Below, in pieces: positions 34,030-46,127 of a DNA stretch of 64,000 nucleotides (position 1 is its first letter; each line of letters begins with the position of its first letter). Location: positions 726,860 through 790,859 of the forward strand of contig NW_018404058.1 in NCBI RefSeq assembly GCF_002113885.1, in the 5' to 3' direction. A program made the translations under genes and the position numbers. The DNA is from Mizuhopecten yessoensis. Its lineage: Eukaryota. Under the pieces are notes generated by a model that was given only the letters and a program-made list of their open reading frames with translations, did not search any database and was not told the DNA's origin.

Positions 34030-35697
34030 GTATGTACTCAATCATTGTTACATAGAACACACTTCATTCTCTCCAGAGGTCACAGGTATGTACTCAATCA
34101 TTGTTACATAGAACACACTTCATTCTCTCCAGAGGTCACAGGTATGTACTCAATCATTGTTACATAGAACACACTTCATTCTCTCCAGAGGTCACAGGTA
34201 TGTACTCAATCATTGTTACATAGAACACACTTCATTCTCTCCAGAGGTCACAGGTATGTACTCAATCATTGTTACATAGAACACACTTCATTCTCTCCAG
34301 AGGTCACAGGTATGTACTCAATCATTGTTACATAGAACACACTTCATTCTCTCCAGAGGTCACAGGTATGTACTCAATCATTGTTACATAGAACACACTT
34401 CATTCTCTCCAGAGGTCACAGGTATGTACTCAATCATTGTTACATAGAACACACTTCATTCTCTCCAGAGGTCACAGGTATGTACTCAATCATTGTTACA
34501 TAGAACACACTTCATTCTCTCCAGAGGTCACAGGTATGTACTCAATCATTGTTACATAGAACACACTTCATTCTCTCCAGAGGTCACAGGTATGTACTCA
34601 ATCATTGTTACATAGAACACACTTCATTCTCTCCAGAGGTCACAGGTATGTACTCAATCATTGTTACATAGAACACACTTCATTCTCTCCAGAGGTCACA
34701 GGTATGTACTCAATCATTGTTACATAGAACACACTTCATTCTCTCCAGAGGTCACAGGTATGTACTCAATCATTGTTACATAGAACACGCTTCATTCTCT
34801 CCAGGGTCACAGGTATGTACTCAATCATTGTTACATAGAACACGCTTCATTCGCTCCAGGGTCACAGGTATGTACTCAATCATTGTTACATAGATCACAC
34901 TTCATTCTCTCAAGGGTCACAGGTATGTACTCAATCATTGTTACATAGATCGCACTTCATTCTCTCCAGAGATCACAGGTATGTACTCAATCATTGTTAC
35001 ATAGAACACGCTTCAGTCTCTCCAGGGTCACAGGTATGTACTCAATCATTGTTACATAGATCGCACTTCATTCTCTCCAGAGATCACAGGTATGTACTCA
35101 ATCATTGTTACATAGATCGCACTTCATTCTCTCCAGAGATCACAGGTATGTACTCAATCATTGTTACATAGATCACACGTCATTCTCTCCAGAGATCACA
35201 GGTATGTACTCAATCATTGTTACATAGATCACACTTCATTCTCTCGAGAGATCACAGGTATGTACTCAATCATTGTTACATAGAACACACTTCATTCTCT
35301 CCAGAGCTCACAGGTATGTACTCAATCATTGTTACATAGAACATGCTTCATTCTCTCCAGGGTCACAGGTATGTACTCAATCATTGTTACATAGAACACA
35401 CTTCATTCTCTCCAATGGTCACAGGTATGTACTCAATCATTGTTACATAGAACACACTTCATTCTCTCCAGAGGTCACAGGCATGTACTCAATCATTGTC
35501 ACATAGAACACACTTCATTCTCTCCAGAGGTCTCAGGTATGTACTCAATTATTGTTACATAGAACACTCTTCATTCTCTCCAGAGGTCACATGTATGTAC
35601 TCAATCATTGTCACATAGAACACACTTCATTCTCTCCAGAGGTCACAGGTATGTACTCAATCATTGTTATATATAGAACACACTTCATTCTCTACAG
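34000..35697 (+). repeat. 56-bp tandem array (~30 units) spanning the exon 10 donor
   Basis: Unit aacacacttcattctctccagaggtcacag|gtatgtactcaatcattgttacatag; the first copy is the end of exon 10. Confidence 0.96.
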
Positions 35698-36195
35698 AAG
35701 CCATCATCAGCTTCCCTTCCTCACACACGATCAGCAGGCATTCAGCTATTAGAATGCAGGAAATATAGTTTGGATAATATTGTTTTGACAATACCATAGT
35801 CTTGTGCAAGACAACAATGTTTTCTAATGGATATATAACCTATATATATATACTGGGTTTTATGTATACCTCATTCACAGTATTAAGGTTTGAATAAGTA
35901 AAAAGTTCATGCACAAAATTCTTTATTGTTTTTCTCCTTTTTTCTCCTTCTTCTTATGCAGTTGTGCGGAAGTGCTTAGGGTGTTTCTTTGTTAAATCAT
36001 GTGTGTAGATTTAAAATGTTCAGTATCTGATTTCAACTGGTATAATGTGTGTTAACATTAATATCAGAGGCATAGAGCATCGCTCTATAAGTTGGAACAA
36101 AATACTTATTACAGTTTACATGAAAGTGCTTTTTTGACGAACATTGATATTAAATTTTTCAGTAGTTAAAAAATTGTATTACTTTGTTTTTGTAG

Positions 36196-36282
36196 ATGAT
36201 GTCTTCGATAGGGATTCTGATGAACATGATAATGTGACTTTGAACTTCAAACCTGATACAGAAGATCTCAAAGAACCAATCA
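36196..36282 (+). CDS. NHE exon 11
   Basis: tttttgtag acceptor, gtaagt donor; DDVFDRDSDEHDNVTLNFKPDTEDLKEPI; phases 1 to 1. Confidence 0.8.
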
Positions 36283-36617
36283 GTAAGTAGACAATGACAG
36301 TGCTAAACTACGTAGGCTAGCTAATTTCTCATTCATTTATAAAGAGCGTAGAAATGAAGATTTTGAGTCAAATAGTTAACTCTGCTATGAGTGACAGATC
36401 CCAGAACTATGTCATAGGAAGCGGTACACAGTTAACTCTGCTATGTGTGACAGATCCCAGAACTATGTCATAGGAAGCAGTACACAGTTAAAGCTCACTT
36501 AGTCTTTCACATTATAGTGTTTTTTTCTGGACTTTTCATGGCTTTTCGAGATTTTTTTTCTTTATGGTAACCTAATAGAGTTACCTCCCTGTAAACTTCT
36601 TCAAAACATATAAGAAA

Positions 36618-38120
36618 GAAGGCACTGGTAATATCTAACACATAGGAAGGCACTGGTAATATCTAACACATAGTAAGGCACTGGTAATATCTAACTCATT
36701 GGAAGGCACTGGTAATATCTAACTCATAGGAAGGCACACTGGTAATATCTAACACATAGGAAGGCACCAGTAATATCTAACACATAGGAAGGCACACTGG
36801 TAATATCTAACTCATAGGAAGGCACACTGGTAATATCTAACACATAGGAAGGCACACTGGTAATATCTAACACATAGGAAGGCACTGGTAATATCTAACT
36901 CATAGGAAGGCACACTGGTAATATCTAACACATAGGAAGGCACTGGTAATATCTAACTCATAGGAAGGCACTGGTAATATCTAACACATAGGAAGGCACT
37001 GGTAATATCTAACACATAGGAAGGCACTGGTAATATCTAACACATAGGAAGGCACTGGTAATATCTAACACATAGGAAGGCACTGGTAATATCTAACACA
37101 TAGGAAGGCACTGGTAATATCTAACACATAGGAAGGCACTGGTAATATCTAACACATAGGAAGGCACTGGTAATATCTAACACATAGGAAGGCACTGGTA
37201 ATATCTAACACATAGGAAGGCACTGGTAATATCTAACACATAGGAAGGCACTGGTAATATCTAACACATAGGAAGGCACTGGTAATATCTAACACATAGG
37301 AAGGCACTGGTAATATCTAACACATAGGAAGGCACTGGTAATATCTAACACATAGGAAGGCACTGGTAATATCTAACACATAGGAAGGCACTGGTAATAT
37401 CTAACACATAGGAAGGCACTGGTAATATCTAACACATAGGAAGGCACTGGTAATATCTAACACATAGGAAGGCACTGGTAATATCTAACACATAGGAAGG
37501 CACTGGTAATATCTAACACATAGGAAGGCACTGGTAATATCTAACACATAGGAAGGCACTGGTAATATCTAACACATAGGAAGGCACTGGTAATATCTAA
37601 CACATAGGAAGGCACTGGTAATATCTAACACATAGGAAGGCACTGGTAATATCTAACACATAGGAAGGCACTGGTAATATCTAACACATAGGAAGGCACT
37701 GGTAATATCTAACACATAGGAAGGCACTGGTAATATCTAACACATAGGAAGGCACTGGTAATATCTAACACATAGGAAGGCACTGGTAATATCTAACACA
37801 TAGGAAGGCACTGGTAATATCTAACACATAGGAAGGCACTGGTAATATCTAACACATAGGAAAGCACCGGTAATATCTAACACATAGGAAGGCACACTGG
37901 TAATATCTAACACATAGGAAGGCACACTGGTAATATCTAACACATAGGAAGGCACACTGGTAATATCTAACACATAGGAAGGCACACTGGTAATATCTAA
38001 CACATAGGAAGGCACTGGTAATATCTAACTCATAGGAAGGCACCGGTAATATCTAACTCATAGGAAGGCACTGGTAATATCTAACTCATAGTAAGGCACC
38101 GGTAATATCTAACTCATGGG
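36618..38120. repeat. Minisatellite, 28-bp unit (30-bp variant), ~53 copies, NHE intron 11
   Basis: ggaaggcactggtaatatctaacacata. Confidence 0.95.
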
Positions 38121-38297
38121 AAATTTTATCATCAAAGCTTTACCTTTGAAGTACTTGCAATGTGCATGTCAGGGGAAGTTAGAATAATGTATGTTTCTTG
38201 TTATTTTTTGTTAATTCTGTGAGTCATTTTCTATTCAATGGAGAATAAACACAAATTGTTTATGATTTTAACAATGATGGCTAAAATCTTATTACAG

Positions 38298-39088
38298 GTG
38301 AACCATTACCACCAACAACGACAGCTACGGAACTAGAGTTGCCATGGAAACGACTCTTATCACAAGAGCCAATCCCATCAATGTCATCACGTGTGTCTTC
38401 ATGTGAGGAGCCGCTACATGCTGAAGCGCCATCCTGGGTGAACAATCTGTCGTATAATCACCTGTTGGCCTCCGGGTCACCCTATGCCTCACCTGAGGTC
38501 ACCTTTGTCCCTGTTATTAAGGAAACCAAGGTATCTATTTACACAGTGTTTCCCCCAGCCCCCAGTAACGAGGGTGGATTAATGCCCCCACCTTGGTCCA
38601 CACACAGTGAGTGCTCACAAGAAGGTGACGCCCCACTTACTTCAATCAATACGTGTCACCCAGGTGACAAGAGTAACAATTACCTGTTGTCTAATCATAT
38701 GTCACCCCCTCCCTCCCATCACATCATCATACCCACCATTCAGCACCTGGATGGCTCAGTATCGCGGGGTCAGATTAGTGAGGAAGGGGAACATAAACCC
38801 CTCCGGTCCCTGCCAGGGTCCGCCTCTGCACCGGACCTCCCTAAACACTGGACACACTTCAATCCCAAAGGCAGGCTACACTCAGAATCTGTGTTAGAGG
38901 AGGCAAAGCTCCAGGAACAGCTTCAGAGTCGTGTTCAGGAATGGTTGTATACAACCAATGATAACAACGATGGGATTATCATTGACCTTGTAAGTCAGGG
39001 CACGCCAGATAACCTCAGTGACAATGATGCAGATGATGAGAGTGATGATAGGGAAGACGACAACGAATTAGAAAGTAGTCATTTATAA
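38298..39088 (+). CDS. NHE exon 12 (terminal; disordered acidic tail)
   Basis: attacag acceptor in frame with the ORF at 38339-39088; TATELELPWKR resembles the LPWKR motif of invertebrate NHE tails; exons total 2877 nt = 959 codons including the stop. Confidence 0.88.
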
Positions 39089-39375
39089 CAACAGTCCACA
39101 AGTAGGAGTAGTATTTCCTGATGTGCCTCATATATAATCCTTGATGACTTGATGGAGCAGTTTAACTACTAATTGCGTAAGACTGTGGTATCTTATAAGG
39201 CTTTCACACAGACGTTCTGGATCTGAAGGTTGGATCTACATGGTTTATGTATTCCCAAATGTTCTCGGAGAACATTCCAACCGTACATAAGAAAGCTCCT
39301 TGATGATATATTGAATTATAAATGCCTTCAAGCTTTTCTTAAAGCATGTGTCGCACTGACATTAAAAATGAGATA

Positions 39376-39620
39376 CCAGGCCTGGTTGCTCAAGGTTGGT
39401 CAACTTTCACCAGTGGTTAATGAAAAATTCAAATTGCTGCCAATCAGAAGCGTTGGCTTTCAAAGCGAAAAGAATCCTGAAAACACAGACGTCGTATATG
39501 TCGTAACAACCGGGCAGAAGTGGAATGATATCAGATGTTCTTGATTTTGTTGTATTTAGATTTTTAAATTCTCCCTAACCACTGGTTACTATAACCAACC
39601 TTTGAGCAACCAGAGCCAGG
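39376..39620. mobile_element. MITE-like element in the NHE 3' UTR region
   Basis: Inverted termini ctggttgctcaaggttggt and accaacctttgagcaaccag. Confidence 0.7.
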
Positions 39621-40207
39621 AGTCATGTAAAGCTACCTAATGATGCATTAAAATTAACTTTATATTGTCGTCATAATTTATGTATTTACAAAAAATATGA
39701 CCATAAAATATGCTTGTTATGCCATTCCCAATAATTGTCTTTTGAAAAATATAAACAAAAATGTTGTCTTTAAATAATGTAGCGAAAATAATCACATGTT
39801 TACGCATACATAGAAAAAGATTGATTTGAAAGTTTAAGCTAATGTGTTGCTAATGTAACGAAGCTTGATACAGCTGGATTCCGGTCCGAGGTATTTAAAG
39901 CTGGACTCTGGTCTGAGGTATTTACAGCTGTAATTGGGTCCGAGGTATTTATATGTATATAGCTGTATTTATAAAACTTGTGATATTTGATTTAGTGTCC
40001 TACAAGTCTCACCTTTATTGTGATCAACTTAAACACACACATGTACATAAACACACATGTACATAAACACACACATGTACATAAACACACATGTACATAA
40101 ACGCTGGTACTGAAGACTATTAGTCAGTCTGTTAGAACTTCCAACATATTTCACTAAACCATCCATTATGTCAGTTGTCACATTTTTCAGTTAAAAGCAA
40201 CACATTT

Positions 40208-40380
40208 CAGTGGCGGATCCAGAGACCTTTCTGGGGGGGGGGGGGGGGGGTCCAATTTTCTGGGTGTGTTTCCATGTGAGAAAAAATTGAGGAAAATGGT
40301 GAAAATACATGATTTTTAAAGAAAATTCTCAGGGTGGGGGGGTTTCCTGAGCCCAAAAACAACCTCTGGATCCACCACTG
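40208..40380. mobile_element. MITE (TIR CAGTGGCGGATCCAGAG, 5-bp TSD cattt)
   Basis: 17-bp near-perfect TIRs; cattt on both flanks. Confidence 0.85.
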
Positions 40381-40594
40381 CATTTATAGGAATGTCATTT
40401 AAACAACAAACAGGTGTTGGTCAGTGCGAGTAGCCTGCACATGGTCATGAACATGTACATGTGTGTATTTCATTTTAAATGGATGTGTATGTGTATTAAA
40501 TGTTAACATGTATTTCTGCGATTTGAACATCATGTGTTCAGAGTGAACAGCTTTACCTTTTATCATAGGATTGGTTTTACTGTGATTAACTATA

Positions 40595-40790
40595 GGGATT
40601 GTACACAGGTTAGCTATTAACTATAGATTTATACTCTGGTTAACTAATAACTATAGAGCTTTGTACTCTGGTTAACTAATAACTATAGAGCTTTATACTC
40701 TGGTTAACTAATAACTATAGAGTTTTGTACTCTGGTTAACTATAGAGTTTTGTACTTTGGTTAGCTATAGATTTTGTAAAATGATTAACT
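40595..40790. repeat. Degenerate tandem repeat (~25-32 bp)
   Basis: taactatagagctttgtactctggttaactaa variants. Confidence 0.75.
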
Positions 40791-41813
40791 AGACATGTTC
40801 GTACTGTAGTTAAGCATTCCATATTTTATTTATTAAAATTTCTTTTTGACCTTAAAAATGAAAACAAAACTGTGCTTGTTTCAAGAAAAATGTTCCAGCT
40901 GTTTTCCATGATTCCATATTTATGTCTTTTTGTTTTCTGGTTGACATTGGTTCATGTTAGTTCTGATGAAATCAGTGGCAGTGTTTCTTCTACTGTAGGG
41001 AAGGGTTGCTTGTTAAATGATGTACAAAATGTAATTATTTTAATTAAATTTTAGCGCAATATAATGGTACTTTTCCTGAATTGTGTTCGCCAATTTCTGT
41101 TAATGTCAGTTTAATATAACATACATGGACTCCTGTTTAAATGCTAAAAATGTAAAACAGTTGTGTCAAAATATTGGTGGATTAATTTGTCCTGAATTTA
41201 TTAAACTAGATGTACATTACTAGTCAGAGAAAAGCTCTCTTTTCTTAAATTTAATTTTTATAGAACCAAAGATCATGATGAAATTTATATGTTCCAAGAA
41301 TGAAGTGATTTTTAAATGTTGTGTGTTTACAAAAAAGCTTTTATGCTCATACACCTTAGTTTTATTTTTGCCTGTAAAGCATATCACTTTAATAATTCAG
41401 ATACTGCCATCTGTGTGTAATTTTTTACCACACAAAACTTTTGCCCTTGCATGGCCGTACTTGTGTCTTTCAGATTGATTTCCCCTTTGTTGAATCATCA
41501 GTCTTTTGAAATTGTTCTTCCTGTAAGTATTAGTAGATGGAAGCAAAGCAAGTTGACCCCAGGACAACCTCATGCATGTTGAATCAAAAATATAAAAAAA
41601 AATGGCTGAAAGTCCTTATCTGCAGCATAATCAGTACATTTTTGTATTTAGTAAATCCTTATTTATATGCAGGAGAAGTCCTTGCATTATGCATTATTTC
41701 GAGGAAAGATATAAAACGTTGATTTTAATGTTACGAAAATCTCCAAAAGCATCTGATGATATCTGGTCATCTGCTCTAGATTTAATCAATATTTAGGAAT
41801 GGCGAACGACAAC

Positions 41814-41907
41814 TTAAGGTTAGTCAAAGGTTAAGGTCAGTCAAAGGTTAAGGTCAGCCAAAGGTTAAGGTCAGTCAAAGGTTAAGGTCAGTCAAAGGTT
41901 AAGGTCA
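41814..41907. repeat. 17-bp tandem repeat (~5.5 copies)
   Basis: ttaaggtcagtcaaagg. Confidence 0.9.
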
Positions 41908-42207
41908 CTTATTAGCTAATTCATGCTTACAGCTTTGCTGCAGTGTTGTATTTAAATCTCGTTAGAATTAAAAAGGAGAATCCTTGGTTGTCAAAACACA
42001 CTTTTTGGGGCATTTTTTGTAGTTACCTGTATGGTAGGTCTATTGTTGGTGTATTGTAGGTGTTTCATAGGTATATTAAAGTGTTGCCTATCTATTAGAA
42101 AGATTTTACCTTTTCTTCTTTGTTGCCTTGTTTTTGCTTTTGATATTGAAGTTGAAATTCTTGCCTTTTTGTTCAATTGATACGTCCAGAATTGGCAAAA
42201 TGGCAAT

Positions 42208-43244
42208 ACCGGCCACAGGACCAGTATAGAGTATTGTGTCTTTTCCCGGCCACAGGACCAGTAGAGAGTATTGTGTCTTCGCCCGGCCACAGGACCTGTA
42301 TAGAGTATTGTGTCTTTGCCCGGCCACAGGACCAGTATAGAGAATTGTGTCTTTGCCCGGCCACAGGACCTGTATAGAGTATTGTGTCTTTGCCCGGCCA
42401 CAGGACCAGTATAGAGTATTGTGTCTTTGCCCGGCCACAGGACCAGTATAGAGTATTGTGTCTTTGCCCGGCCACAGGACCAGTATAGAGTATTGTGTCT
42501 TTGCCCGGCCACAGGACCAGTATAGAGTATTGTGTCTTTGCCCGGCCACAGGACCAGTATAGAGTATTGTGTCTTTGCCCGGCCACAGGACCAGTATAGA
42601 GTATTGTGTCTTTGCCCGGCCACAGGACCAGTATAGAGTATTGTGTCTTTGCCCGGCCACAGGACCAGTATAGAGTATTGTGTCTTTGCCCGGCCACAGG
42701 ACCAGTATAGAGTATTGTGTCTTTGCCCGGCCACAGGACCAGTATAGAGTATTGTGTCTTTGCCCGGCCACAGGACCAGTATAGAGTATTGTGTCTTTGC
42801 CCGGCCACAGGACCAGTATAGAGTATTGTGTCTTTGCCCGGCCACAGGACCAGTATAGAGTATTGTGTCTTTGCCCGGCCACAGGACCAGTATAGAGTAT
42901 TGTGTCTTTGCCCGGCCACAGGACCAGTATAGAGTATTGTGTCTTTGCCCGGCCACAGGACCAGTATAGAGTATTGTGTCTTTGCCCGGCCACAGGACCA
43001 GTATAGAGTATTGTGTCTTTGCCCGGCCACAGGACCAGTATAGAGTATTGTGTCTTTGCCCGGCCACAGGACCAGTATAGAGTATTGTGTCTTTGCCCGG
43101 CCACAGGACCAGTATAGAGTATTGTGTCTTTGCCCGGCCACAGGACCAGTATAGAGTATTGTGTCTTTGCCCGGCCACAGGACCAGTATAGAGTATTGTG
43201 TCTTTGCCCGGCCACAGGACCAGTATAGAGAATTGTGTCTGTGC
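42208..43244. repeat. Minisatellite, 37-bp unit (~28 copies)
   Basis: ccggccacaggaccagtatagagtattgtgtctttgc. Confidence 0.95.
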
Positions 43245-43671
43245 CTGTCATATCAGTATTTCTGTTCACAATTGATCCGTATTATTGCAGCATTATTAGA
43301 GCATGTTTGTATCCAAAGTTTTCACAAAAGTTTTGAATGTTTTAAAAAGTTGCTGTTAATCATATCTCTATATAAACTTCACATGAGCACTCCATGACTT
43401 TCTGATATATCAACAGAAAGCATTCCAAATGAAGTGTGAATTATCAGTAACTGTTCTGCATACATGGCCTGTTATATAATTGATCTGTTGCATCTGAAGC
43501 AATGTTGATTAACATATCTATGTATAGAAATGAATTTACTCGAGCTTCTGAATTTCATGAAGGGTAGTTATAGATAGAAAACTATTTATCAAAATTGATC
43601 TTTTACTATATCTCCTGTAAGTGGCTGATATATGTTTAATCTCATAGCACATATCAGTTCTGACAGATCTC

Positions 43672-44240
43672 TTGTGGGTTACATTTAAAATATAATCTTC
43701 TTCCTGTGTGGGCTACATCTCAAGTATAACCCACACAGAAAGTAGGTAACATCTCAAGTATAACCTACTTCCTGTGTAGGTTACATCTCAAGTATAACCT
43801 ACTTTCTGTGTGGGTTACATCTCAAATATAACCTACTTCATGTGTGGGTTACATCTCAAATATAACCTACTTCATGTGTGCGCTACATCTCAAGTATAAC
43901 CTACTTCCTGTGTAGGTTACATCTCAAGTATAACCTACTTTCTGTATGGGTTACATCTCGAGTATAATCTACTTTCTGTGTGGGTTACATCTCAAATATA
44001 ACCTACTTCATGTGTGGGTTACATCTCAAATATAACCTACTTCCTGTGTGGGTTACATCTCAAGTATAACCTTCTTCCTGTGTGGGTTACATCTCAAGTA
44101 TAACCTACTTCCTATGTGGGTTTCGTCTCAAGTATAACCTACTTCCTGTGTGGGTTACATCTCAAGTATAACCTAATTCCCGTGTGGGTTACATCTCAAG
44201 TATAACCTAATTCCTGTGTGGGTTACATCTCAAGTTTAAT
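43672..44240. repeat. Minisatellite, 34-bp unit (~17 copies)
   Basis: ttcctgtgtgggttacatctcaagtataacctac. Confidence 0.92.
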
Positions 44241-45860
44241 ATACTCGCTAAAAAGGTAACAGTTAACTTTTCTTTATAATACATTTCATGTATATATTTA
44301 ACTACAGTAACTATTTTCTGTAATTGTAAGTGTACATTTTGTTGGTTGTATATCATTTATTCTACGTATGTGATGTTATTTGTGTTTTTACCTTGACACT
44401 ATGTTAGTGACCTCCGTACCTGAAATCCTTGATTCTGACTTTAACAGGTGTGTTTCTTGTCTTTCTTCATTATGATATATATGTATATTATTTATTTGTA
44501 ATATATATACATCACTACAAATATTAAGATACATCTCAATGTATATTGAGGTATAGGTAATGCATCACAATATATATTAGGATATGACTATATGTTACCG
44601 TATGTATTAAGATTAATTAATTGAGACCAAGGGACATAACTCGTGAAAAACTTTGCAGTGTCTACTAGATGCCTTTTTTTAATATTTAAGCTTTGATCGG
44701 TGTCAAATATCTTAAATGTTCAAACCTTTGACAAGTCCGTAAATTTTAAATAGTGATGAGCACAGCCATCTAAGTAGAGTTTGTAAAATTGTGTCACATG
44801 TCAAGGTATTCACTTGATAATTTATTCAACATGATGTATATAAGTTAAAAATAAAGAAATGAATCAGAATGATCACCACAAATTTAGTGGCAGCCTGTCT
44901 ATGTCAATGTGAGATGTCAACAATTCTAATGAAAACTGAATGTATATTGTAATGTTCAGTACATATATTGTAATTATTAGATGTAGTAAAACTAGTATTG
45001 CATTCTGTTGAGGAAAACGACATTGATCTCCTTGTGTTAACTTTGGCACTATTTTATCTCTTTAACATTACTACGAAGCTGTGTTACACTTCCCTGTACA
45101 CGACGTAAGTTTTACTATATCTTTACTAGAACATCGTATATCCTCACTAGATCTTGGTGTCCACCTGGATAAGGATAATTTATGCACATTGTAATATTAA
45201 TGTAATTTAAATGATTGTCATTGTCATTCTAATGTGGAGATGTTCTTTGTGAACTATAATGTTTTGTCCAAAGTGTGATGGGGGAGGAGTTTGAGTATGG
45301 TGTCTGATGATATAAGCTATACAATATGATGGGGGAGGAGTTTGAGTCTGGTGTCTGATGATATAAGCTATACAATGATATACATGTTTTTATACAAATA
45401 TTAAAGGTTTGGGGCTCCTTGGAGCTCCTGAATGAACTCTGATCCTCCCCAAATACTGGACAGCCCCACTGTCCTATACCTGTGTTCCTGTAACTTGCCG
45501 GGTTATGTCAGTGTGAGTGAGAAGTTTCGTTGTCATATCCTGATATCAAATTAAGCTTTATTGATGCACCAATAAATCAAACATGATTACGTAATAAAAT
45601 ATTGAAGTAAAATATTTCTGGTTCAGTGTGCCTTTGTTCCAGGGAGAGTAATCGTGTAATTTTTTCTTTGGGAGGAGAAAAGGAGTATGCTTTATAAGTT
45701 TCCCTAGCTTTAATTGGATTAAATCCAAATTTGGTGGGTTTTTTGGGGAAACCTATAAATAAAATTTCCTTTCATACTCGTGACACGGCTTTCATGCTAA
45801 AGCGTAGATTCTGTGTTCAAACCAACTTTCTTGTCATTCACTTAAATCGTATGACACTAT

Positions 45861-46127
45861 CATACTTGCCAAATCTCCCTATTTTGGAGGAAGACTCATA
45901 GCCATAAAGAACTATAAAATTGAGCATTTTTAACTACCGAAATTGCTAAACTATTCTTTTTTTTCTAAAATTGGATGATTGCATCTGAAAGAACAGCTCA
46001 AAAGATGCATTTTAAATGTGATTTTGTCCCTTTGGGTTATACCCACAAATTATTTACATATAGTCTATGTTTTTAAACTGAGCACACGTAATCTCCCCAT
46101 GGAAATTTTAAAAAGTTGGCAAGTATG
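45861..46127. mobile_element. MITE with 12-bp TIR CATACTTGCCAA
   Basis: catacttgccaa...ttggcaagtatg; flanks cactat/cactgt may be a decayed 6-bp TSD; second partial copy at 19075-19287. Confidence 0.75.

Noticed and set aside
41991-43269. Three overlapping 322-395 aa minus-strand ORFs
   Set aside because: Same artefact from a 37-bp unit that is not a multiple of 3; no splice or homology support.
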